This document shows positions 1 through 6,769 of a DNA stretch of 9,283 nt, in pieces (position 1 is the first letter of the stretch; the number at the start of each line of letters is the position of its first letter). Below the pieces are notes generated by a model. The model was given only the letters and a program-made list of their open reading frames with translations. It was not told the origin of the DNA and searched no databases. Made by a program: the position numbers and the translations under genes. The stretch comes from a virus (Duplodnaviria; Heunggongvirae; Uroviricota; Caudoviricetes), in IMG/VR virus record IMGVR_UViG_2534681766_000007, positions 1 through 9,283 of that record; one strand, written 5' to 3'.

Positions 1-1284
1 TTACTTCTTCGCCTCTGCAACCACTTTACTACCCACGCCGCGGTTATTGTATTCCCACATGCGGTTGTAGTTAGTGTCATTCAGATTGCGCTGTATTTCG
101 TCGTTATCATCTACGCTGCCGGTATTACCCGCAAACGGACGATTAGAGATCACCGCATCGGCCCACGGTTTAGCCGTGTTAAAACCTTCGTTGATGGCGC
201 TATCACGGATCACCACCTGACCGTTGGTATTGGCATCAACATCCAGCGAGCGGCCCAGTTGCGCCACACCATCACCGAAAGCATTGAAACGGCTGTTTAC
301 GGCGAGGAAACCGTAGTAAATGTTGGACAGCGTAGCCGGTGCAAACACATACGCTTCTTGCTGAGTACGTGAGTTCACCACGCGGAATTCGGTGTTATCG
401 AACACCACTGCGCCGCGACCAGAAACGATATCCACATCCCCTTCAATGTAGCTGTTGGTCACCAGCGTACGCGGCTGACGATTCGTTTCCAGACGGTTCT
501 GCACACCGCTGTTGGTGACAAAGAAGGTGTTCTGACGACCGAGAATGTTAACGTTGTTAATCTGTACCTGGTCACCATCAGTACGCAGTGCCACCGCCGG
601 ATGGTTACCTGCATCTACGCTATCGCCCAGCGTGTTTTCGATGGTCAGATTTTGCAGTTGCAGGCCATTGTTTTGTGACCAGAAGACCGCAGAGCAGAGA
701 ACACCGATACTGTCGCTGCGTTTGCTCTGGCAGCTATCGTACATATACCACGCTGGTTTACCTGGCATATATTTGCCGCGCGGGTTGACGTCGTGACGCC
801 AGTCGGCAGGGCTCATGCCACCATCAAGGGAAAGCCCAATCTTCACATCAATCGGTTTTTCACCTGTACCGTACAGAGTAATTCCACCCGGAGCGGCAGG
901 GACATATACCGTTCCCTGATACTCACCAGGCATCACGGCAATATACTGGCGCTTGTTGGTACGCTTGATAATTGCCGCATCTACCGCCGCCTGAATCGTG
1001 GTATGCGTTACACCTTGAGTGCCCGCCGGGCCGACAACAAAGTCAGGTTGCGCAGGCAGGGTAATCGGGGAAGGATTCCACGCTGCTGCACCTGGTGTCA
1101 GGGATGCAAAATAGTGTTGAGCATCGAAATTCTGCGCTTCTTTTGCCGACAGAATCGGGCGAGAAGAGGTACCAGGCGCGGTTTGATCAGAAGGACGTTG
1201 ATCGGGCGGGGTTGAGCTACAGGCGGTCAGCGTCACGCCAAAAGCCAATGCCAGCGCCAGACGGGAAACTGAAAATGTGTTCAC
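1..1284 (-). CDS. ybhC: YbhC-like outer-membrane lipoprotein (pectinesterase / acyl-CoA thioesterase family); host gene flanking attB-lambda
   Basis: Complete 427-aa ORF on minus strand; stop TAA at 1-3, GTG start at 1282-1284 with GGAG about 8 nt upstream. N-terminus MNTFSVSRLALALAFGVTLTAC has a signal peptide plus lipobox (LTAC). Sequence recognised as E. coli YbhC from memory. G+C-rich relative to the prophage cargo. Confidence 0.9.
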   Translation of the reverse strand: MNTFSVSRLALALAFGVTLTACSSTPPDQRPSDQTAPGTSSRPILSAKEAQNFDAQHYFASLTPGAAAWNPSPITLPAQPDFVVGPAGTQGVTHTTIQAAVDAAIIKRTNKRQYIAVMPGEYQGTVYVPAAPGGITLYGTGEKPIDVKIGLSLDGGMSPADWRHDVNPRGKYMPGKPAWYMYDSCQSKRSDSIGVLCSAVFWSQNNGLQLQNLTIENTLGDSVDAGNHPAVALRTDGDQVQINNVNILGRQNTFFVTNSGVQNRLETNRQPRTLVTNSYIEGDVDIVSGRGAVVFDNTEFRVVNSRTQQEAYVFAPATLSNIYYGFLAVNSRFNAFGDGVAQLGRSLDVDANTNGQVVIRDSAINEGFNTAKPWADAVISNRPFAGNTGSVDDNDEIQRNLNDTNYNRMWEYNNRGVGSKVVAEAKK

Positions 1285-1330
1285 AGGTTGCTCCGGGCTA
1301 TGAAATAGAAAAATGAATCCGTTGAAGCCT

Positions 1331-1345
1331 GCTTTTTTATACTAA
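1331..1345. other. attL: phage lambda att common core (GCTTTTTTATACTAA) in attL (B-O-P') configuration
   Basis: Exact 15-bp lambda core at 1331-1345. Flanks read CTGCTTTTTTATACTAAGTTG, i.e. bacterial B arm on the ybhC side and phage P' arm on the int side. Core lies 47 bp upstream of the ybhC start. Confidence 0.9.
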
Positions 1346-1418
1346 GTTGGCATTATAAAAAAGCATTGCTTATCAATTTATTGCAACGAACAGGTCACTA
1401 TCAGTCAAAATAAAATCA
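1346..1418. promoter_or_regulatory. attP P' arm: IHF H'-type site and tandem Int arm-type binding sites
   Basis: TATCAATTTATTG at 1371-1383 fits the IHF consensus WATCAANNNNTTR. Tandem arm-type-like repeats AGGTCACTAT (1392-1401) and CAGTCAAAAT (1402-1411), with a third AAATCATTAT-like copy next to the int stop. Arrangement matches the lambda P' arm as I remember it. Confidence 0.7.
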
Positions 1419-2489
1419 TTATTTGATTTCAATTTTGTCCCACTCCCTGCCTCTGTCATCACGATACTGTGATGCCATGGTGTCCGACTTATGCCCGAGA
1501 AGATGTTGAGCAAACTTATCGCTTATCTGCTTCTCATAGAGTCTTGCAGACAAACTGCGCAACTCGTGAAAGGTAGGCGGATCCCCTTCGAAGGAAAGAC
1601 CTGATGCTTTTCGTGCGCGCATAAAATACCTTGATACTGTGCCGGATGAAAGCGGTTCACGACGAGTAGATGCAATTATGGTTTCTCCGCCAAGAATCTC
1701 TTTGCATTTATCAAGTGTTTCCTTCATTGATATCCCGAGAGCATCAACATGCAATGTTGTTGGGATGGCAATTTTTACGCCTGTTTTGCTTTGCTCGACA
1801 TAAAGATATCCATCTACGATATCAGACCACTTCATTTCGCATAAATCACCAACTCGTTGCCCGGTAACAACAGCCAGTTCCATTGCAAGTCTGAGCCAAC
1901 ATGGTGATGATTCTGCTGCTTGATAAATTTTCAGGTATTCGTCAGCCGTAAGTCTTGATCTCCTTACCTCTGATTTTGCTGCGCGAGTGGCAGCGACAGG
2001 GGTTGTTGTTATATGGCCTTCAGCTATTGCCTCTCGGAATGCATCGCTCAGTGTTGATCTGATTAACTTGGCTGACGCCGCCTTGCCCTCGTCTATGTAT
2101 CCATTGAGCATTGCCGCAATTTCTTTTGTGGTGATGTCTTCAAGTGGAGCATCAGGCAGACCCCTCCTTATTGCTTTAATTTTGCTCATGTAATTTATGA
2201 GTGTCTTCTGCTTGATTCCTCTGCTGGCCAGGATTTTTTCGTAGCGATCAAGCCATGAATGTAACGTAACGGAATTATCACTGTTGATTCTCGCTGTCAG
2301 AGGCTTGTGTTTGTGTCCTGAAAATAACTCAATGTTGGCCTGTATGGCTTCAGTGATTGCAATTCGCCTGTCTCTGCCTAATCCAAACTCTTTACCCGTC
2401 CTTGGGTCCCTGTAGCAGTAATATCCATTGTTTCTTATATAAAGGTTAGGGGGTAAATCCCGGCGCTCATGACTTCGCCTTCTTCCCAT
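1419..2489 (-). CDS. int: tyrosine site-specific integrase, phage lambda Int type (356 aa)
   Basis: Full-length ORF starting MGRRRSHERRDLPPNLYIRNNGYYCYRDPRTGKEFGLGRDRR and ending HLLGHKSDTMASQYRDDRGREWDKIEIK; recognised as essentially lambda Int (catalytic C-terminal domain present). ATG at 2487-2489, stop at 1419-1421, 74 bp from the att core as in lambda. Confidence 0.96.
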   Translation of the reverse strand: MGRRRSHERRDLPPNLYIRNNGYYCYRDPRTGKEFGLGRDRRIAITEAIQANIELFSGHKHKPLTARINSDNSVTLHSWLDRYEKILASRGIKQKTLINYMSKIKAIRRGLPDAPLEDITTKEIAAMLNGYIDEGKAASAKLIRSTLSDAFREAIAEGHITTTPVAATRAAKSEVRRSRLTADEYLKIYQAAESSPCWLRLAMELAVVTGQRVGDLCEMKWSDIVDGYLYVEQSKTGVKIAIPTTLHVDALGISMKETLDKCKEILGGETIIASTRREPLSSGTVSRYFMRARKASGLSFEGDPPTFHELRSLSARLYEKQISDKFAQHLLGHKSDTMASQYRDDRGREWDKIEIK

Positions 2490-2685
2490 TTCTGATCCTC
2501 TTCAAAAGGCTACCTGTTACTGGTCGATTTAAGTCAACCTTTACCGCTGATTCGTGGAACAGATACTCTCTTCCATCCTTAACCGGAGGAGGGAATATCC
2601 TGCACTCGCGTACCCATCGACGAACTGTTTCAAGGCTTCTTGGGCGTCGCTGGCGTGCGTTCCACTCCTGAAGTGTCAAGTACAT
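2467..2685 (-). CDS. xis: excisionase Xis (72 aa), lambda type
   Basis: ORF MYLTLQEWNARQRRPRSLETVRRWVRECRIFPPPVKDGREYLFHESAVKVDLNRPVTGSLLKRIRNGKKAKS recognised as lambda Xis. Its 3' end overlaps the int start by 23 bp (2467-2489), the known lambda arrangement. Confidence 0.95.
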   Translation of the reverse strand: MYLTLQEWNARQRRPRSLETVRRWVRECRIFPPPVKDGREYLFHESAVKVDLNRPVTGSLLKRIRNGKKAKS

Positions 2686-2752
2686 CGCAAAGTCTCCGCA
2701 ATTACACGCAAGAAAAAACCGCCATCAGGCGGCTTGGTGTTCTTTCAGTTCT

Positions 2753-2881
2753 TCAATTCGAATATTGGTTACGTCTGCATGTGCTATATGCGCCCACAGC
2801 ATCCAGTGGTCTGATGTTCTCGGCTTCGATAACTCTGTTGAATGGTTCTCCATTCCATTCACCTGTGACTCGGAAGTGCAT
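2753..2881 (-). CDS. hypothetical 42-codon ORF downstream of xis in the leftward operon (uncertain)
   Basis: ATG at 2879-2881 preceded by a strong SD (GGAGATGATAA then ATG on the minus strand); translates MHFRVTGEWNGEPFNRVIEAENIRPLDAVGAYSTCRRNQYSN. The ORF track instead lists an overlapping 82-aa ORF in another frame (2725-2973), so the frame assignment is unresolved. Confidence 0.25.
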   Translation of the reverse strand: MHFRVTGEWNGEPFNRVIEAENIRPLDAVGAYSTCRRNQYSN

Positions 2882-2931
2882 TTATCATCTCCATAAAACA
2901 AAACCCGCCGTAGCGAGTTCAGATAAAAGAA

Positions 2932-2951
2932 ATCCTCGTCAGTGCGAGGAT
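2932..2951 (-). terminator. hairpin (7-bp stem ATCCTCG / CGAGGAT, 6-nt loop) followed on the minus strand by TTCTTTTATCTG; possible intrinsic terminator or RNA structure at the left edge of the substitution cassette
   Basis: Inverted repeat read directly from sequence; T-rich run follows on the minus strand. It lies where similarity to lambda, as I recall it, ends. Confidence 0.3.
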
Positions 2952-3123
2952 GCTGTTCATTGCTGCTATACACTTTTTTGCTCTCAACGTAAGCGGTAGC
3001 CCATTCTGTTGGGTTGGTGCAGTTGCTTTTAGGAAATGCTATTTACCCCTTAAATGTCGGCTGAAAGAGCTAAAATCCATGCAAAAAATTTACGCAATTT
3101 TGTGTATTATTGTGCAGTAAGTA

Positions 3124-3726
3124 ATGAGCTATTTTCTGCGCAAAAAATGGATGGTAAATTTGTCCGGGTCAGGAAAAATTTTATGGGCGCTAAACATGAA
3201 AAAAGATTCGTATCCTTATTTGATTTGCATGACAGTTTCAGGGCTGATCTTTATTTTCCTTTTCTTCTGGTGGCGGGCAGATATCTACAGGGTCACGTTT
3301 CTTAATCAGAGTATATCCCACTATTACATTCTGTTTAGCATGGGAATAGCTTTTCTGTTATCTCTGTTTTGGGTTAAGAAGGGGATAGTAAAACAAAGAG
3401 GCTGGAAGAGTCTGTCAGCATACCTTAAGGTTTATGCAGGGATGTGCATATTTGCTGGATTTTTTCTGATTATACCCCTTACGACACTAACTTATTTTTT
3501 GCCTGGAGAGACATCGTCTTATGTTGCACCGTATCGGTATACTTCCGGTAGTTCAAAAAGTTGTTCTGGAGCTGAGGTGGATGACCCCGATCTACATGAG
3601 AATATTCGCATTTGCTATCCGTATGGCAATTATGAGTACGATAATATTATCTATGTTGAAAAGAAAATTAATATATTAGGTGCGGTAGTGACATATGCAC
3701 AGACCGCGCGTGATGATACTGAATGA
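3124..3726 (+). CDS. hypothetical membrane protein, three predicted TM helices plus ~75-aa Cys-containing C-terminal domain (predicted periplasmic); AT-rich accessory (moron) gene, candidate superinfection-exclusion or defence factor
   Basis: 200-codon ORF on the opposite strand to the surrounding lambda early-left genes. Hydrophobic segments YPYLICMTVSGLIFIFLFFWW, HYYILFSMGIAFLLSLFWV and YLKVYAGMCIFAGFFLIIPLTTLTYFL; the TM2-TM3 loop is K/R-rich (KKGIVKQRGWK), consistent with N-in/C-out topology. Start is ambiguous (ATG 3124 or 3196, both with weak SD). A 60-nt sample (3301-3360) has 20 G+C, versus 26 of 60 in an int sample. No recognisable family. Confidence 0.6.
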   Translation: MSYFLRKKWMVNLSGSGKILWALNMKKDSYPYLICMTVSGLIFIFLFFWWRADIYRVTFLNQSISHYYILFSMGIAFLLSLFWVKKGIVKQRGWKSLSAYLKVYAGMCIFAGFFLIIPLTTLTYFLPGETSSYVAPYRYTSGSSKSCSGAEVDDPDLHENIRICYPYGNYEYDNIIYVEKKINILGAVVTYAQTARDDTE

Positions 3727-3760
3727 TATAGTATATAGCGGGCAAGTTTTAGTTAATTTA

Positions 3761-3784
3761 TCGAGGTAATATAATTTACCTCGA
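3761..3784 (+). terminator. hairpin TCGAGGTAA-TATAAT-TTACCTCGA downstream of the membrane-protein gene; putative terminator
   Basis: Perfect 9-bp inverted repeat with 6-nt loop, 35 bp after the stop at 3724-3726, followed by CTCGTTTGTTCTGG (moderately T-rich). Confidence 0.4.
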
Positions 3785-3936
3785 CTCGTTTGTTCTGGTA
3801 TTAATATTTCGCTTTACGACCGATTTTTATCTGATGATATCATGCGGTTTTCATATACTGACTTACTGTCTTTTCTCCGTTAGCGATTTTCTCCTGCTCA
3901 GCGATGATTTTATCTTTGGCTTCTAGTTAATTTCGC

Positions 3937-4158
3937 TCACTTCGAACCTCTCTGTTTACTGATAAGCTCCAGATCTTGCTGGCAACTGGCACAAGTCCGA
4001 CAACCCTGAACGGCCAGTCGTCTTCGTTCATCTATCGGATCGCCACACTCACAACAATGAGTGGCAGATATAGCCTGGTGGTTCAGGCGGCGCATTTTTA
4101 TTGCTGTGTTGCGCTGTAATTCTTCAATTTCTGATGCTGAATCAATTATGTCTGCCAT
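3937..4158 (-). CDS. TraR/DksA-family C4-type zinc-finger protein (lambda Orf73-like), 73 aa
   Basis: ORF MADIIDSASEIEELQRNTAIKMRRLNHQAISATHCCECGDPIDERRRLAVQGCRTCASCQQDLELISKQRGSK contains the CxxC...CxxC motif of the TraR/DksA zinc-finger family; ATG at 4156-4158. Size and position match the lambda TraR homologue as I recall it. Confidence 0.85.
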   Translation of the reverse strand: MADIIDSASEIEELQRNTAIKMRRLNHQAISATHCCECGDPIDERRRLAVQGCRTCASCQQDLELISKQRGSK

Positions 4159-4204
4159 CTTTCATTAATCCCTGAATTGTTGGTTAATACGCTTGAGGGT
4201 GAAT

Positions 4205-4234
4205 GCGAATAATAAAAAAGGAGCCTGTAGCTCC
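4205..4234 (-). terminator. intrinsic-terminator-like hairpin (GGAGC-loop-GCTCC) followed by a T-tract on the minus strand
   Basis: On the minus strand the sequence reads GGAGCTACAGGCTCC then TTTTTTATTATT; located between the stop of the upstream ORF (4257) and the Orf73 start (4158). Confidence 0.45.
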
Positions 4235-4256
4235 CTGATGATTTTGCTTTTCATGT

Positions 4257-4538
4257 TCACCGTTCCTTAAAGACGCCGTTCAACATGCCGATCGCCAGGC
4301 TTAAATGAGTCGGTGTGAATCCCATCAGCGTTACCGTTTCGCGGTGCTTCTTTAGTACGCTACGGCAAATGTCATCGACGTTTTTATCCGGAAACTGCTG
4401 TCTGGCTTTTTTGATTTCAGAATTAGCCTGACGGGCAATGCTGCGAAGGGCGTTTTCTTGCTGAGGTGTCATTGAACAAGCCCCATGTCGGCAAGCATAA
4501 GCACACAGAATATGAAGCCCGCTGCCAGAAAAATGCAT
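4257..4538 (-). CDS. small early-left protein (lambda orf61-region homologue); start uncertain, alternative start at 4472 gives 71 aa beginning MTPQQENALRSIARQ
   Basis: Open frame in the ORF track (93 aa). The ATG at 4538 lies immediately after an in-frame TGA, so the N-terminus may be an ORF-finder artefact; the ATG at 4470-4472 overlaps the stop of a 27-codon ORF in ATGA configuration. Confidence 0.45.
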   Translation of the reverse strand: MHFSGSGLHILCAYACRHGACSMTPQQENALRSIARQANSEIKKARQQFPDKNVDDICRSVLKKHRETVTLMGFTPTHLSLAIGMLNGVFKER

Positions 4539-4548
4539 TCAGTGGTTG

Positions 4549-4740
4549 TCATACCTGGTCTCTCTCATCTGCTTCTGCTTTCGCCACCATCATTTCCAGC
4601 TTTTGTGAAAGGGATGCGGCTAACGTATGAAATTCTTCGTCTGTTTCTACTGGTATTGGCACAAACCTGACTCCAATTTGAGCGAGGCTATGTGCCATCT
4701 CGATACTCGTTCTTAACTCAACGGGAGATGCTTTGTGCAT
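4549..4740 (-). CDS. small early-left protein (lambda Orf63-like), 63 aa
   Basis: ORF MHKASPVELRTSIEMAHSLAQIGVRFVPIPVETDEEFHTLAASLSQKLEMMVAKAEADERDQV; ATG at 4738-4740 preceded by a good SD (GGGGAG, 4-nt spacer); length and position match lambda orf63. Confidence 0.7.
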   Translation of the reverse strand: MHKASPVELRTSIEMAHSLAQIGVRFVPIPVETDEEFHTLAASLSQKLEMMVAKAEADERDQV

Positions 4741-4868
4741 ACAGCTCCCCGTTTATTATTTATCTCCTCAGCCAGCCGCTGGGCTTTCAGCGGATTTCGG
4801 ATAACAGAAAGGCCGGGAAATCCCCAGCCTCGCTTTGTAACGGAGTAGACGAAAGTGATCGCGCCTAA
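4713..4868 (-). pseudogene. 5'-truncated orf60a-like gene; N-terminal coding sequence lost at a deletion joint
   Basis: C-terminal 52 codons (GAITFVYSVTKRGWGFPGLSVIRNPLKAQRLAEEINNKRGAVCTKHLPLS) match lambda Orf60a as I recall it and overlap orf63 by 28 bp as in lambda. Upstream of about 4868 the frame runs into antisense tail-fibre sequence. Confidence 0.5.
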
Positions 4869-6229
4869 TGGATGAAACGAACAAGAAAGCGCCCTTAAAT
4901 AGTCCTGCACTGACCGGAACGCCAACAACGCCAACTGCGCCAAAAGGTACTAATAATACTCAGATCGCAAGTACGGCTTATGTGATGGCCGCGATTGCCG
5001 CCCTTGTAGACTCGTCGCCTGACGCACTGAATACGCTGAACGAGTTAGCGGCGGCGCTGGGCAACGACCCGAATTTTGCGACCACCATGACTAACGCGCT
5101 TGCGGGTAAGCAACCGAAAGATGCCACCCTGACGGCGCTGGCCGGGCTTGCTACTGCGGCAGACAGGTTTCCGTATTTTACGGGGAATGATGTCGCCAGC
5201 CTGGCAACCCTGACAAAAGTCGGGCGGGATATTCTTGCGAAATCGACCGTTGCTGCCGTTATCGAATACCTCGGTTTACAGGAAACGGTAAATCAGGCTT
5301 CTGGCGCATTACAGAAAAACCAGAACGGCGCAGATATTCCGGGAAAAGATACCTTCACCAAAAACATTGGTGCCTGCCGCGCATATAGCGCATGGCTGAA
5401 TATTGGTGGCGATAGTCAGGTCTGGACAACTGCGCAATTTATTTCGTGGCTGGAGAGTCAGGGGGCATTTAACCATCCTTACTGGATGTGCAAAGGCTCA
5501 TGGGCTTATGCAAATAATAAGGTTATTACAGATACAGGTTGCGGAAATATTTGTCTTGCAGGTGCTGTGGTGGAAGTTATTGGCACTCGCGGCGCAATGA
5601 CCATACGCGTTACTACGCCGAGCACGTCCAGCGGTGGCGGAATTACTAACGCTCAATTCACTTATATTAATCATGGTGATGCTTACGCTCCTGGCTGGCG
5701 ACGAGACTACAACACGAAAAACCAGCAGCCTGCATTTGCTTTAGGGCAAACAGGACGCAGGGTCGCAAATGATAAAGCTGTTGGCTGGAACTGGAATAGC
5801 GGTGTTTATGATGCAGATATCAGTGGTGCATCGACATTAATCCTCCACTTCAATATGAATGCGGGGAGTTGCCCTGCTGTACAGTTCCGCGTGAATTACA
5901 GGAACGGCGGTATTTTTTATCGTTCAGCGCGTGATGGTTATGGCTTTGAAGCTAACTGGTCAGAGTTTTACACCACAACACGCAAACCCTCTGCGGGGGA
6001 TGTTGGTGCATATACGCAGGCAGAATGTAACTCAAGGTTTATTACAGGTATTCGCCTTGGCGGTCTGTCATCTGTTCAGACATGGAAAGGCCCCGGCTGG
6101 TCTGACAGGTCAGGTTATGTCGTTACGGGTTCAGTTAACGGAAACCGTGATGAATTAATTGATACAACTCAGGCAAGGCCAATTCAGTATTGCATTAATG
6201 GGACGTGGTATAACGCGGGGAGTATTTAA
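4868..6229 (+). CDS. side tail-fibre protein, C-terminal portion (5'-truncated at deletion joint): constant region to about 5284 plus variable domain Sv
   Basis: 453-aa ORF containing the conserved Stf stretch KAPLNSPALTGTPT...IASTAYVMAAIAALVDSSPDALNTLNELAAALGNDPNFATTMTNALAGKQPKDATLTALAGLATAADRFPYFTGNDVASLATLTKVGRDILAKSTVAAVIEYLGLQETVN, which normally sits in the C-terminal third of lambdoid side tail fibres. No SD before the in-frame ATG at 4868; the N-terminal part of the gene is absent. Confidence 0.85.
   Translation: MDETNKKAPLNSPALTGTPTTPTAPKGTNNTQIASTAYVMAAIAALVDSSPDALNTLNELAAALGNDPNFATTMTNALAGKQPKDATLTALAGLATAADRFPYFTGNDVASLATLTKVGRDILAKSTVAAVIEYLGLQETVNQASGALQKNQNGADIPGKDTFTKNIGACRAYSAWLNIGGDSQVWTTAQFISWLESQGAFNHPYWMCKGSWAYANNKVITDTGCGNICLAGAVVEVIGTRGAMTIRVTTPSTSSGGGITNAQFTYINHGDAYAPGWRRDYNTKNQQPAFALGQTGRRVANDKAVGWNWNSGVYDADISGASTLILHFNMNAGSCPAVQFRVNYRNGGIFYRSARDGYGFEANWSEFYTTTRKPSAGDVGAYTQAECNSRFITGIRLGGLSSVQTWKGPGWSDRSGYVVTGSVNGNRDELIDTTQARPIQYCINGTWYNAGSI
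5259..5284. repeat. 26-bp Gin/Pin/Hin/Cin-type crossover site, left end of invertible segment (TTATCGAATACCTCGGTTTACAGGAA)
   Basis: Close to the Mu gix site as I recall it (TTATCCAAAACCTCGGTTTACAGGAA). Inner 25 bp (5268-5292, ACCTCGGTTTACAGGAAACGGTAAA) is a perfect inverted repeat of 8304-8328. Lies inside the tail-fibre reading frame at the constant/variable boundary (EYLGLQETVN). Confidence 0.85.
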
Positions 6230-6231
6230 CG

Positions 6232-6765
6232 ATGATGCACTTAAAAAACATTACTGCTGGCAACCCTAAAACAAAAGAGCAATACCAGCTAACAAAGCAA
6301 TTTAACATCAAATGGCTTTATTCAGATGATGGAAAAAACTGGTATGAGGAACAAAAGAATTTCCAGCCAGACACTTTGAAAATGGTCTATGACCATAACG
6401 GCGTTATTATTTGTATTGAAAAGGATGTTTCAGCAATTAATCCAGAGGGTGCAAGCGTCGTTGAATTACCTGATATTACAGCAAATCGCCGGGCTGATAT
6501 TTCGGGGAAATGGATGTTCAAAGATGGCGTAGTGATAAAGCGAACTTATACCGAGGAAGAGCAGAGGCAACAAGCGGAAAATGAAAAGCAAAGCCTGTTG
6601 CAACTTGTCAGGGATAAAACCCAGCTATGGGACTCACAGCTACGGCTGGGCATCATTTCCGACGAGAATAAACAAAAATTAACCGAGTGGATGCTCTATG
6701 CGCAGAAAGTCGAATCTACAGACACTTCTGGCCTGCCAGTAACGTTTCCCGAACAACCAGAATGA
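6232..6765 (+). CDS. tfa: tail-fibre assembly protein (Tfa / U-type chaperone), 177 aa
   Basis: Starts 2 bp after the tail-fibre stop (TAACGATG). N-terminus [24 protein letters not shown] and overall length typical of Tfa; paralogous to the oppositely oriented ORF at 6794-7321. Confidence 0.85.
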   Translation: MMHLKNITAGNPKTKEQYQLTKQFNIKWLYSDDGKNWYEEQKNFQPDTLKMVYDHNGVIICIEKDVSAINPEGASVVELPDITANRRADISGKWMFKDGVVIKRTYTEEEQRQQAENEKQSLLQLVRDKTQLWDSQLRLGIISDENKQKLTEWMLYAQKVESTDTSGLPVTFPEQPE

Positions 6766-6769
6766 GAGA

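Noticed and set aside
545-1316. Four plus-strand ORFs (545-796, 588-788, 793-1215, 1095-1316) inside ybhC
   Set aside because: All lie antisense within the well-supported ybhC coding region; Arg/Cys-rich, low-complexity translations typical of antisense frames of G+C-rich genes; no SD or family resemblance.
1670-2193. Plus-strand ORFs 1670-1867 and 1987-2193 inside int
   Set aside because: Antisense to the lambda-type int gene; no start context; composition consistent with chance open frames.
2554-2999. Plus-strand ORFs 2554-2814 and 2640-2999, and the 82-aa minus-strand ORF 2725-2973
   Set aside because: Overlap xis and its upstream region in other frames; no SD. The only ORF here with a convincing start signal is the 42-codon minus-strand frame, itself listed at low confidence.
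3085-3115. Possible sigma-70 promoter for the membrane-protein gene (TTTACG at 3089-3094, TATTAT at 3105-3110)
   Set aside because: Spacer between the two hexamers is only 10 nt, and the GTG before TATTAT does not make a TGn extended -10. A promoter is likely somewhere in this AT-rich stretch but cannot be placed with confidence.
3054-3305. 83-aa plus-strand ORF overlapping the 5' part of the membrane-protein gene
   Set aside because: Same strand but different frame from the 200-codon ORF, which carries the coherent transmembrane signal; this frame stops after 83 codons with no hydrophobic segment pattern.
4485-4670. 61-aa plus-strand ORF
   Set aside because: Antisense to the orf61-region and orf63 genes of the leftward operon; no SD; its length of 61 codons is coincidental.
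5403-6158. Plus-strand ORFs 5403-5600 and 5931-6158 inside the tail-fibre gene
   Set aside because: Alternative frames within the tail-fibre coding region; no independent support.
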